The notes beneath the pieces are model-generated. The model made no database searches. It saw nothing but the letters and a program-made list of their open reading frames with translations, and was not told the DNA's origin. 64,000 bases of DNA from Bacillota bacterium (GTDB lineage: Bacteria > Bacillota > Clostridia > Acetivibrionales > DSM-1351): contig JAEWST010000002.1 of assembly GCA_023398105.1 (NCBI GenBank), positions 107,755 through 171,754 on the forward strand, written 5' to 3'. The position numbers and the translations under genes were made by a program. This document shows, one piece after another, positions 1 to 9,824 of the stretch; positions within the stretch are counted from its first letter, which is position 1; each line of letters begins with the position of its first letter.

Positions 1-141
1 TCTTGTGTGCTTTTTGCTTTGTAGGCTTAAATACTCAAAAATGATAACTATTGCAGATTTTAAAATATATGTACAGCTATATAAAAACATTTATATACAA
101 ATATTTAAAACCATGTCAAAACATGGTTAGGAGGTTAATAA

Positions 142-1065
142 ATGAAAAGATACATTATAAAACGGCTACTCACATCTATATTAACACTATGGATTATGTT
201 TACACTAACTTTCTTTCTAATGCACTTTATACCTGGTAGCCCCTTTATTGGTGATAAAAAAATGACACCTGAAATTCTTGCTAATTTAGAAGCAAAACAT
301 GGGTTGGATAAACCTCTTGTTGTTCAATACGGTATATATCTTAAAAAAGCATTGCTTGGGGATTTGGGACAATCTATAACACTTGTAGGCCAAGATGTAA
401 ATACTATTATAGCTCGAAAGTTTCCATACTCAGCTAGATTAGGACTTTTTTCAGGTGTGATAGCAATATTAATAGGCACATTTTTTGGAGTTATTAGTGC
501 ACTTAAGAAAAATACTAGCTTAGATAGACTAATTATGCTTATTGTAACTATAGGTATTGCGGTTCCAAGCTTTGTTGTAGCCACAGTTGGTATGATAATA
601 TTTGGTGTTCAACTAAAATGGCTACCAACCATAAGCTATTTGGATTCATTCACAAGTTATATTCTTCCTGGCTTTGCACTTTCCTTCTTTCCGCTAAGTT
701 ATATAACAAGAGTTATGCGCTCATCCATGCTAGATGTTATAAACCAAGATTATATTAGAACGGCTAGAGCAAAAGGTCTACCAGAACGAATAGTAATTTT
801 TAAACATGGTTTGAGAAACGGAATCCTCCCTGTTGTAACTTATGTAGGACCAATGCTAGCTGGTATATTGACTGGTTCCTTCGTTATCGAGTCTGTTTTC
901 TCAATTCCAGGCTTAGGAAGCTCATTTGTTACTAGTATTACAGCCAGAGATTATCCCACAGTAATGGGTGTAACTATATTTTTTGGTGCATTCCTAATTC
1001 TTATGAATTTCATAGTAGATATACTTTACAGGTTTGTTGATCCAAGAATCAAAATAATTAATTAA
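142..1065 (+). CDS. oppB: oligopeptide ABC transporter permease
   Basis: Multi-TM protein with EAA-like motif DYIRTARAKGL; RBS AGGAGG; first gene of a B-C-D-F cluster. Confidence 0.9.
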   Translation: MKRYIIKRLLTSILTLWIMFTLTFFLMHFIPGSPFIGDKKMTPEILANLEAKHGLDKPLVVQYGIYLKKALLGDLGQSITLVGQDVNTIIARKFPYSARLGLFSGVIAILIGTFFGVISALKKNTSLDRLIMLIVTIGIAVPSFVVATVGMIIFGVQLKWLPTISYLDSFTSYILPGFALSFFPLSYITRVMRSSMLDVINQDYIRTARAKGLPERIVIFKHGLRNGILPVVTYVGPMLAGILTGSFVIESVFSIPGLGSSFVTSITARDYPTVMGVTIFFGAFLILMNFIVDILYRFVDPRIKIIN

Positions 1066-1070
1066 GGTGG

Positions 1071-2075
1071 GTGAAAACAATGATAGAGGCAAACAACTCT
1101 AATACTATAGAAAAAGAATTATTTTTTCCTGCCACAGATGAGGAAAAGGCTACAATTGAAACAATGCGCCCATCAATTAGCTATTGGAGAGACGCATGGA
1201 ATAGATTAAAAGCAAACAAAGTCGCTATGGGCGGACTTGTTGTTATTATATTAATTTTTCTTGCTGCAATCTTAGGTCCAATTTTATCCCCTTATTCATA
1301 TGATCAAATAAATAAGGGAAGCGAGAATCTAGCACCAAATGCCCAATTTATTTTTGGTACTGATAGCCTAGGAAGAGACTTATTTACCAGGACAATGATA
1401 GGAGCAAGAATTTCACTTTCTGTTGGTCTTGTCGCTGCAGCTATGATATCTGTTATCGGTATAATTTATGGTGCAGTGTCAGGTCTTTTGGGCGGTTGGG
1501 TTGACACTGTTATGATGAGAATTGTGGATGTGATATATTCAATACCAACAATTCTTATTGTTATACTATTGCAAGTAGTATTGAAAGCTCCTATTGAAAA
1601 ATTTGTTAGTTCTGGAAACGCACCTTCCTTTGTGAGTGGTTTAGGCGTTGGATTAATTAGTATATTTGTTGTCTTGGCTCTTCTTTACTGGGTTGATATG
1701 GCTCGAATTGTAAGGGGTCAGGTCTTAACTATTAAAGAACAAGAATATGTAATGGCAGCAAGAGTTTTAGGAGCTAATAATAAATCTATCATATTTAAGC
1801 ATCTAATACCTAACTGTATTGGACAAATTATTGTAATTGCTACTTTAAAAATACCAGAGGCAATCTTTGCAGAATCATTTTTAAGTTTTATCGGGCTTGG
1901 AGTATCTTCCCCGATGGCTTCCCTTGGTTCTTTGTCACAGACTGCTCTTAAAGGAATTTATTCATATCCTTATATGCTTATTTTTCCAGCAGCAACAATA
2001 AGTTTGATTATTCTATCTTTCAATCTTTTTGGTGATGGACTTAGAGATTCTTTAGATCCACGAATGAAGAAGTAA
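1071..2075 (+). CDS. oppC: oligopeptide ABC transporter permease
   Basis: FGTDSLGRDLF and EQEYVMAARVLGA motifs; C-terminal GDGLRDSLDPR. Confidence 0.9.
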   Translation: MKTMIEANNSNTIEKELFFPATDEEKATIETMRPSISYWRDAWNRLKANKVAMGGLVVIILIFLAAILGPILSPYSYDQINKGSENLAPNAQFIFGTDSLGRDLFTRTMIGARISLSVGLVAAAMISVIGIIYGAVSGLLGGWVDTVMMRIVDVIYSIPTILIVILLQVVLKAPIEKFVSSGNAPSFVSGLGVGLISIFVVLALLYWVDMARIVRGQVLTIKEQEYVMAARVLGANNKSIIFKHLIPNCIGQIIVIATLKIPEAIFAESFLSFIGLGVSSPMASLGSLSQTALKGIYSYPYMLIFPAATISLIILSFNLFGDGLRDSLDPRMKK

Positions 2076-2127
2076 TACTATTTCGTATTTAACTAATTTT
2101 TATGCCCTAAGTGGCGTGGAGGTTTGC

Positions 2128-3132
2128 ATGAATAATAATAACAAATTACTTGAAATAAAAGATTTGAAAGTATCCTTTTTTACACCTGCTGGTGAGGTAA
2201 AAGCTGTTAATGGAATTAGTTACTCACTTGAGCCGGGGAAAGTTCTAGGCATAGTTGGTGAATCTGGTTCTGGAAAAAGTGTGTCCTCATATTCAATTGT
2301 AGGACTTATAGATAAACCAGGTAAAATAGTAAGCGGAACTATTACCTTTGAAGGTAAGAATATTTCTAACATGACTAAAGGGGAGAAGCTTCAATTTGCA
2401 GGAAATGACGTTGCCATGATATTTCAGGATCCCATGACTAGCTTGAATCCAGTATTTACAATCGGCAATCAGATTGCCGAGTCAATACGACATAAGTATG
2501 GCAATGTTTCAAAAGAAGAAATTAAAAAGCGTTCTATTGAATTGCTTTCACTTGTAGGCATTAATGAACCTGAAAGACGTCTATCACAATATCCTCACGA
2601 ATTTTCTGGAGGAATGAGGCAGAGAGCAATGATTGCCATGGCTTTAGCTGGATCTCCAAAAGTTTTAATTGCTGATGAGCCTACAACTGCACTTGATGTA
2701 ACTATACAAGCACAGATACTTGAATTATTGAAGGATATACAGAAGAAGACAGGTATGGCAATTGTACTTATTACTCATGATTTAGGCATTGTTGCTGATA
2801 TGGCTGACGATATCATTGTAATGTATGGTGGTAAAATAGTAGAGCAAGGCACTGTATATAGCATATTTCATAGCCCTCGCCATCCTTATACAAAGGGCTT
2901 AATCAGATCCTTACCAGATCTAAATACTAAAGGTTCAAAACTTGTCCCTATTCCAGGAAATCCAATTGATCTACTTCAGGTGCCTAAAGGCTGTCCATTT
3001 GCACCTCGATGTGAACATTGTATGAAGGTTTGTATTAACCATATGCCTGCTAATTACGAAGAAGCTAATGGTCACATTACTTTGTGCTGGTTGCTAGATG
3101 AAAGGGCAAAAGCTAATTTGGAGGTACAATAA
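2128..3132 (+). CDS. oppD: oligopeptide ABC transporter ATP-binding subunit
   Basis: Walker A GESGSGKS, YPHEFSGGMRQR, IADEPTTALD, C-terminal Cys-rich tail; start moved to ATG 2128 after GGAGG. Confidence 0.9.
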   Translation: MNNNNKLLEIKDLKVSFFTPAGEVKAVNGISYSLEPGKVLGIVGESGSGKSVSSYSIVGLIDKPGKIVSGTITFEGKNISNMTKGEKLQFAGNDVAMIFQDPMTSLNPVFTIGNQIAESIRHKYGNVSKEEIKKRSIELLSLVGINEPERRLSQYPHEFSGGMRQRAMIAMALAGSPKVLIADEPTTALDVTIQAQILELLKDIQKKTGMAIVLITHDLGIVADMADDIIVMYGGKIVEQGTVYSIFHSPRHPYTKGLIRSLPDLNTKGSKLVPIPGNPIDLLQVPKGCPFAPRCEHCMKVCINHMPANYEEANGHITLCWLLDERAKANLEVQ

Positions 3133-3133
3133 A

Positions 3134-4132
3134 ATGGCAAATAAGAATATTTTAGTTGAAGTACGTAATTTAAAGCAATATTTCAGTATAAACAATCATC
3201 TAGGGGGAAAATCCTATGTAAAAGCAGTAGATGATGTGACATTTAATATCTATAAAGGTGAAACGGTTGGTTTAGTTGGGGAATCAGGTTCTGGAAAAAC
3301 GACGCTGGGTCGTTCAATTCTTAGGGTTTATGATCCTACCAGTGGGCAAATTAAATTTAATGGTACAGATATTACTAGATATAAAGGATCTAGTCTATTA
3401 CCCTATAGAAAGAAAATGCAGTATATATTTCAAGATCCATATGCATCTTTAGATCCTAGAATGACAGTTTCTGACATTATCGGTGAGCCTTTAGATATAC
3501 ACAAGCTCGCTAGTTCAAAAAAAAATCGTGCAGATAAAATAAGGGAACTAATGAGTCTTGTTGGTTTAAATACTGAACACGCTTCCCGCTATCCCCATGA
3601 GTTTTCAGGTGGTCAGCGCCAAAGAATTGGTATTGCACGTGCTATTGCAGTAGAACCCGAGTTTATTGTTTGTGATGAACCAGTTTCTGCTTTAGATGTT
3701 TCTATTAGAGCTCAGATAATTAACACTCTTGAAGAAATGCAGGATAGATTGAAACTTACCTATTTATTTATTTCACATGACTTAGGTGTAGTTAGACATA
3801 CCTGTGACAGAGTCGGTGTGATGTATTTAGGACATTTAGTTGAGTTAGTTGAGGCTGAAGAGCTATATAAAAAACCTCTTCATCCATATACGCAAGCGTT
3901 ACTCACAGCTATACCAGAGCCTGATCCTGATGCAGCGAAAAACCGTAACAGAATTATTCTAAATGGAGAAATACCTTCCCCTGTCAATCCCCCATCAGGA
4001 TGTACATTTAGAACTAGATGCCCTTATGCAAAAGATATATGTGCTAAGAAAGCACCACAGCTTATTGATTATGGAAATGGACACTTCGTATCTTGCCATT
4101 TTACAGGCAAGATTAAAGAAAGTACCCATTAG
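3134..4132 (+). CDS. oppF: oligopeptide ABC transporter ATP-binding subunit
   Basis: GESGSGKT, FSGGQRQRIGIARA, CDEPVSALD; start moved to ATG 3134 after GGAGG. Confidence 0.9.
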   Translation: MANKNILVEVRNLKQYFSINNHLGGKSYVKAVDDVTFNIYKGETVGLVGESGSGKTTLGRSILRVYDPTSGQIKFNGTDITRYKGSSLLPYRKKMQYIFQDPYASLDPRMTVSDIIGEPLDIHKLASSKKNRADKIRELMSLVGLNTEHASRYPHEFSGGQRQRIGIARAIAVEPEFIVCDEPVSALDVSIRAQIINTLEEMQDRLKLTYLFISHDLGVVRHTCDRVGVMYLGHLVELVEAEELYKKPLHPYTQALLTAIPEPDPDAAKNRNRIILNGEIPSPVNPPSGCTFRTRCPYAKDICAKKAPQLIDYGNGHFVSCHFTGKIKESTH

Positions 4133-4740
4133 AATGGTTTGATTACTATATAAATTGCTTTACTTAATTGGATCTGCTCTAAAAGGTGTTTTGTTTACAA
4201 TATGGCGTGCTTGAATAATTTAATCAGTACAATTATTGTAGTCATTCACCTTCTATAAGAGCCTTTTAATTTACATAGTACTTTTTTAGTATTAACTAAT
4301 ACCTGACTAGAGATAATAATATGAATCTATTAGCATATAACCTTTGTTATACAGGGTTAATATGTATTTTATAGCTTACCAAGATAATAAAAATCTTCAA
4401 CTAGGAATTTTTATTTTTATTGCTTTTTCTTATGCTTATACTCGTTTCAGTTATATTAATTTCTTTCTAATGTAATGAGGTCGACAGTAGTTTAGTAAAA
4501 TTATCAAGGTATGAAAGCCTAATTAAATGAAAAAATAAAATTAGCTAGAATATTAATTCCAGCATTTAAATTAGATTTTTGTTATAACATACCATTTTAT
4601 AATTATATGTTACAAGCTCCACGACTGCATCTAGTATTATGTTGGTATTGTTATTCTACAAAAGTTGCACAAAAAACAATGCAAGCAAATTGTAAATCCA
4701 TATTTGTTATATTAAAAAAAATAATAGAGAGGGTTAAAAA

Positions 4741-6360
4741 ATGAAAAAAATTATATCGTTAGTAGTTATACTTACAATTTCCTTAACTATGATTTCAGGT
4801 TGTGGAGGTTCAACAACAACTTCCGCTTCAAAAGCAATTACCGCATCTATTGGTGCAGAGCCAAAAACTTTAGATCCATCTCTCAATAATGCTCTTGACG
4901 GAGGCACATATATTAACTGTGCTTTTGAAGGGTTAACAACCTATGACAAAAACTCAAAGGTTGTTGCTGGTACTGCTGATAAATGGGAAGTAAACGAGGA
5001 TGGTACAGTTTATACTTTTCATATCCGTAGTGATGCGAAATGGTCAGACGGTAAGGATGTAACTGCAAAGGACTTTGTCTACTCATGGCAAAGATCCATT
5101 GACCCAAAAACCGCTGCTGACTATGCATATTATTTATATTTTGTTAAAAATGGTGAAGAAATTAATGGTGGCAATGCTGATGTTAGCACTTTAGGCGTAA
5201 AGGCTATTGATGATAAAACTCTTGAGGTAACACTTGAGTCTCCGTGCCCATTTTTTACTGAAATAACTGCCTTTCCTACACTTGTTCCATTAAGAGAGGA
5301 CATTGTATCTGCAAACTCTGAAAAATGGTCTCTTGACCCTAAAACTTATATTGGAAACGGACCCTACATGCTTACAAGCTGGGAGCATGATTCTAAATTA
5401 ATATTTGAGAAAAATAGTAATTACTGGGGAAAGAGCGATTTGATAGCAGAAAAAATAGAATGGTTCTTAATGAATGACCCAAATGCAATGCTTGGAGCAT
5501 TTAAGAATGGTCAGATTTCATTGACAAATACTATTCCTACAGAAGAATATGAGGCTGAAAAAGCTGCTGGCAACCTCCATATCCTTCCTATGCTTGGAAC
5601 TTATTATTTAGATTTGATAAATACTAAAGCACCCTTTGATAATTCAAAAGTAAGACGGGCTGTTTCCCTTGCTATTGACAGAAACTATATTGTTGAAAAG
5701 GTTACTAAAGGCGGTCAGCTCCCTGCTTCTGGTTATGTGCCATATGGTATTACAGATGTAAGTCTATCACCAGACTTCCGTACTGTTGGAGGAGATTTCT
5801 ACTCTGTTAAACCTGAAGATCTTGATAAAAACATTTCTGAAGCAAAGGCTCTTTTAGCTGAAGCAGGGTACCCTGATGGAAAAGGTTTCCCTAAGGTCAC
5901 CTTTGGTGTTAACACAGGAAGTAATCACGAAATTATTGCGGAAGCTATACAGCAAATGCTTAAAACAAATCTAGGAATTGAAGTAGAAATTCAAGCACAG
6001 GAATGGAATGTATTCCAACAATCCAGAAAAGATGCTGTATTTAATATTAACCGTAACGGTTGGATTGGTGATTATATGGATCCTTCAACCTTTTTAGATA
6101 TGTTCACTACTAATAATGGTCAGAATAATTCTAAGTACAGTAATCCTAATTATGATAAAGCTATAAAAGCTGCAAGAACGGAAACTGATACAGCTAAGCG
6201 TATTCAGTTATTCCATGATGCCGAAAAATTATTAATGGAAGATATGGGTATAGTGCCTATATACTTTTATACTAACCCGCTAGAAATCTCAAAAAATTTA
6301 CAGGATTATGTTGTAACTCCACTTGGCTTTATATATTTACGTTGGGCTTCTTACAAATAA
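4741..6360 (+). CDS. oppA: oligopeptide ABC transporter substrate-binding lipoprotein
   Basis: Lipobox ISGC; family 5 SBP motifs AKWSDGKDVTAKDFVYSW and IGNGPY. Confidence 0.9.
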   Translation: MKKIISLVVILTISLTMISGCGGSTTTSASKAITASIGAEPKTLDPSLNNALDGGTYINCAFEGLTTYDKNSKVVAGTADKWEVNEDGTVYTFHIRSDAKWSDGKDVTAKDFVYSWQRSIDPKTAADYAYYLYFVKNGEEINGGNADVSTLGVKAIDDKTLEVTLESPCPFFTEITAFPTLVPLREDIVSANSEKWSLDPKTYIGNGPYMLTSWEHDSKLIFEKNSNYWGKSDLIAEKIEWFLMNDPNAMLGAFKNGQISLTNTIPTEEYEAEKAAGNLHILPMLGTYYLDLINTKAPFDNSKVRRAVSLAIDRNYIVEKVTKGGQLPASGYVPYGITDVSLSPDFRTVGGDFYSVKPEDLDKNISEAKALLAEAGYPDGKGFPKVTFGVNTGSNHEIIAEAIQQMLKTNLGIEVEIQAQEWNVFQQSRKDAVFNINRNGWIGDYMDPSTFLDMFTTNNGQNNSKYSNPNYDKAIKAARTETDTAKRIQLFHDAEKLLMEDMGIVPIYFYTNPLEISKNLQDYVVTPLGFIYLRWASYK

Positions 6361-6390
6361 TGTGTAAATATTGTCCAGTTACAAATAAGT

Positions 6391-6439
6391 ATATATCAGA
6401 AGTGACCTCATTTTAGACTTGGGGTCACTTCTGATATAT
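6391..6439. terminator. hairpin between convergent oppA and amt (probably bidirectional terminator)
   Basis: ATATATCAGAAGTGACC...GGTCACTTCTGATATAT, 17 bp perfect stem. Confidence 0.8.
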
Positions 6440-6472
6440 TAAAAGACTTTATAATAAACAGGAAGGAAATTT

Positions 6473-8152
6473 TTATTCTTCGTCTTGTAGGGCATCATAT
6501 CCCTCTTCACCAGTACGTACCTTAATTGCATTTTCTACATCATAAACGAATATTTTACCATCGCCTATTTTACCAGTGTACAATACCCGTTTTGCTGCTT
6601 CAATTACTGTTAAAACGGGAACTTTACATATAACAATTTCAACTCTTATCTTTGGTAATAGGTTTATTTCCAATTCAACACCACGATAGTATTCTTTGTT
6701 TCCCTTCTGCATACCACAACCCATAACATTTGTGACTGTCATACCTGTTACACCAATACTATTCATGGCTTCCTTGAGTGCTTCAAATTTAGATTGTTTA
6801 GTAATTATCTCTACTTTTGTTATTTTTACATCGGAGGCAATTGTTGTATCTGGTTTTTTAATAACTGTAGGAATTGCAGTATCAATATCAACTTGAAGCC
6901 CCTCTCCCGTACCAGAAGCAGTAAGTATCGGCATAAAGTCTGCATATGAACTAACAAGACCATGCTCTTCTATATCCAATCCTATTAATTCTTCTTCTTT
7001 TGAAACACGTAGGCCAACTGTTTTCTTAATCAACTTAAATATAACTAACATTGATACAGTAACCCATGCAGCAACTGCAACTACTCCTAACGCTTGAACT
7101 CCTAAATAGTGAAGCCCCCCACCATAGAGCAACCCTCCATCAAGAGCAAATACTCCTACTAACAAGGTTCCTGTAGCTCCACATAAACCATGAACACCTA
7201 TAGCTCCAACAGGATCGTCTATTTTTAAAACCTTGTCAATAAACTCTATACCAAATACAATCACAATAGCTGCTACTATACCTATTATTACTGCACCAGC
7301 TGGACTTACAGCGTCACAACCAGCTGTTATTGCAACAAGACCACCAAGTGCTGCGTTCAAAGTCATTGATACATCAGGTTTTTTGTACCGTACCCATGTA
7401 ATAATCATAGCAACCGTTGCAGCAGCAGCTGCTGATAAGTTAGTTGTCACAAATATGCTACCAATTAGTGTAAGAGTGTCATCTCCTGTTGCTGATACTG
7501 TTGAACCAGGATTGAAGCCAAACCAACCAAACCATAGAATAAATACACCTAATGCTCCCAATGTCAAGCTGTGTCCAGGAATGGCTTTTGCTTTTCCGTT
7601 TTTGTCGTACTTTCCAATACGTGGTCCTAATATTTTTGCACCTATTAATGCTGCGATACCACCAACCATATGAACTGCTGTTGAACCTGCAAAATCATGG
7701 AACCCCATTTGTGAAAGCCATCCACCACCCCATATCCAGTGACCAGATATAGGATATACAACTGCACTTATGGCCAAGCTATATAAGCAATATGATATGA
7801 ATTTTGTACGTTCTGCCATAGCACCTGAAACTATTGTTGCAGCTGTTGCACAAAATACTGTCTGGAATATAAGGAAAACTGGTCCTGGAAGACCTGCATT
7901 TACTCCATCTCCAGTTGAAAAAAAGCTTGGAATACCTATTATTCCGTATTTACTGGTACCAAACATAAGTCCAAATCCCAATACCCAAAATACAAGAGAA
8001 CCAATAGAAAAATCTATTAAATTCTTCATTATAATATTTCCTGCATTTTTAGCTCTTGTAAAACCTGTTTCTACCATTGCAAAGCCAGCCTGCATGAAGA
8101 AAACAAGTGCTGCTGCTACTAATGTCCAAATTACGTCAACTGATTGAAACAT
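6473..8152 (-). CDS. amt: ammonium transporter fused to a C-terminal PII (GlnK-like) domain
   Basis: FHDFAGSTAVH and IGVHGLCG twin-His Amt motifs; C-terminal GMTVTNVMGCGMQKG..YRG and TGKIGDGKIF PII motifs. Confidence 0.93.
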   Translation of the reverse strand: MFQSVDVIWTLVAAALVFFMQAGFAMVETGFTRAKNAGNIIMKNLIDFSIGSLVFWVLGFGLMFGTSKYGIIGIPSFFSTGDGVNAGLPGPVFLIFQTVFCATAATIVSGAMAERTKFISYCLYSLAISAVVYPISGHWIWGGGWLSQMGFHDFAGSTAVHMVGGIAALIGAKILGPRIGKYDKNGKAKAIPGHSLTLGALGVFILWFGWFGFNPGSTVSATGDDTLTLIGSIFVTTNLSAAAAATVAMIITWVRYKKPDVSMTLNAALGGLVAITAGCDAVSPAGAVIIGIVAAIVIVFGIEFIDKVLKIDDPVGAIGVHGLCGATGTLLVGVFALDGGLLYGGGLHYLGVQALGVVAVAAWVTVSMLVIFKLIKKTVGLRVSKEEELIGLDIEEHGLVSSYADFMPILTASGTGEGLQVDIDTAIPTVIKKPDTTIASDVKITKVEIITKQSKFEALKEAMNSIGVTGMTVTNVMGCGMQKGNKEYYRGVELEINLLPKIRVEIVICKVPVLTVIEAAKRVLYTGKIGDGKIFVYDVENAIKVRTGEEGYDALQDEE

Positions 8153-8213
8153 AACCCCATCTCCTCTTTATAATATCAAGAATTTTAAGCAAATGGACTC
8201 CTTTAAATAAAAT

Positions 8214-8367
8214 AAAAAGACGCATATTCGCAGTTTGTTTGCGAATACACGTCATCGTGTAAGTTTCCTACCAATAAATATAAACTTGTATATTTATTTA
8301 AATGGAAATTCTCTATTTACTTAAATTATAAAGTAACTGTACTAATTTAACCTGTAGCACCTTTACT
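8214..8367 (-). promoter_or_regulatory. putative ANTAR-type antitermination leader (two hexaloop hairpins; the second overlaps an intrinsic terminator)
   Basis: Minus strand: AGU-AAAGGU-GCU (8356-8367), UACAC-GAUGAC-GUGUA (8246-8261), terminator stem 8219-8253 followed by U-tract. Confidence 0.65.
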
Positions 8368-8378
8368 TTGATACACCT

Positions 8379-8407
8379 ATATTAGCACATATAAATACCT
8401 TAGTCAA
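8379..8407 (-). promoter_or_regulatory. sigmaA-type promoter of amt-PII
   Basis: TTGACT-17 nt-TAATAT with TG extension. Confidence 0.6.
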
Positions 8408-8773
8408 TGTTTTTTGAAGGATTATATTTAATTCCTGCATTTTTTATGCTATCACAGCTCTCAAATTATTAAATTACATAATATATGAATAATTATCTGT
8501 GCAAGCACTTCATTTTTAATTTTGGTATAACTATATTAATAATAAATAATATATTAATAATTTATATCTTAACATTATGTTATAATTATATTAATATAAT
8601 TTATTCATTATTCTAAGTTTTATTTTCGCAGATTCTATTTGCTTTATGAAATTATTATCTGAAATTGAAGCTTTCTAATTCTTTGAATTTTTTGAATAGT
8701 CATAAAAGGTGATATTGTTATATATCAATGTTGAGATAGATACTAACAGAAGCAGAAAATAGAGGAGTCAAAA

Positions 8774-9760
8774 ATGTATTTTGAGGATTTTAAGCCATTG
8801 TTATATTCTGACACATCTGTGCCAGATATTTTTATTAGCCAGTATATGCCTTCCATGGACAGTAACAGTGTGAAGGTTTATTTGTATATGCTTTTTCTAT
8901 GCAAGCACAACAAAAAAGCTACTACAGATGAAATAGCAAAAACTTTGAACTTATCACATGATGAAGTAAAAGCATCCCTTACCAGTCTTGATAATCTTGA
9001 AATTATTTCTTGGATTGAAGATAAGATTCAGTTAATAGATCTAAAGGATGCTGAAGTTAAACGTATATATAAGCTCAAATCAATATCTTCTCCTGAGCAG
9101 GCAAACGAAAACTTTGAGAAGAACAAAAGTAGAAATAGTACTCTTTCCGCAATAAATTCAAAGTTTTTTCAAGGTCTTATGCCTCCGAACTGGTACTTAA
9201 CAATAGATAATTGGTTTTCTATATATAAATTCGATGAAGATGTAATGTATACATTATTTAAGTATTGCCATGACAACAATACCTTTCACAAAAGTTATAT
9301 TGAAGCTGTTGCAAATAGCTGGCATCGACGAGGAATACAAAATTTCTTTGATTTAGAAAAGTATTTTGAAGAGATGACACATGTTCGTGGTATAAAGGGA
9401 ACAATTATCAAAAAGCTGAGGTTAAGAAGAGCCTTAACTGAATATGAACATGATTATGTTGAAAAATGGGTTCTTGATTATAAATATAATATTGATATTA
9501 TTGAAATAGCTCTTAAAAAGACAGTTGGAAAGACTAATCCAGACTTCAAATTTTTAAACACTCTTTTAACTAAATGGCATGATTTGGGTTTAGTTTCAGC
9601 TGAAGAGATACTTGGATATGATAATAGTCTCAAATCACAGAATCAGGCTACAAAGAATACTCAAAAGCCCAAGGATTCCCAAAGAGAAAACTTTGACCAA
9701 CGTCAATATAATGAAGACTATTATGATAACTTTTTTACCAATACAAATAAAACGTCTTAA
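8774..9760 (+). CDS. DnaD-domain replication protein
   Basis: DIFISQYMP..VKVYLY N-terminus; two DnaD-like repeats (SYIEAVANSW, KFLNTLLTKW); paired with a DnaC-like ATPase. Confidence 0.8.
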   Translation: MYFEDFKPLLYSDTSVPDIFISQYMPSMDSNSVKVYLYMLFLCKHNKKATTDEIAKTLNLSHDEVKASLTSLDNLEIISWIEDKIQLIDLKDAEVKRIYKLKSISSPEQANENFEKNKSRNSTLSAINSKFFQGLMPPNWYLTIDNWFSIYKFDEDVMYTLFKYCHDNNTFHKSYIEAVANSWHRRGIQNFFDLEKYFEEMTHVRGIKGTIIKKLRLRRALTEYEHDYVEKWVLDYKYNIDIIEIALKKTVGKTNPDFKFLNTLLTKWHDLGLVSAEEILGYDNSLKSQNQATKNTQKPKDSQRENFDQRQYNEDYYDNFFTNTNKTS

Positions 9761-9824
9761 ATATCTAAGGCACTCTACATATAATTTCATTTATTAGTGC
9801 ATGTGGTAATCGTAGGAGGCTAGT

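Noticed and set aside
4470..4640. Lysine-riboswitch-like GAGGTCG...AGTA start in the oppA leader
   Set aside because: Downstream conserved elements and a P1 pairing could not be found
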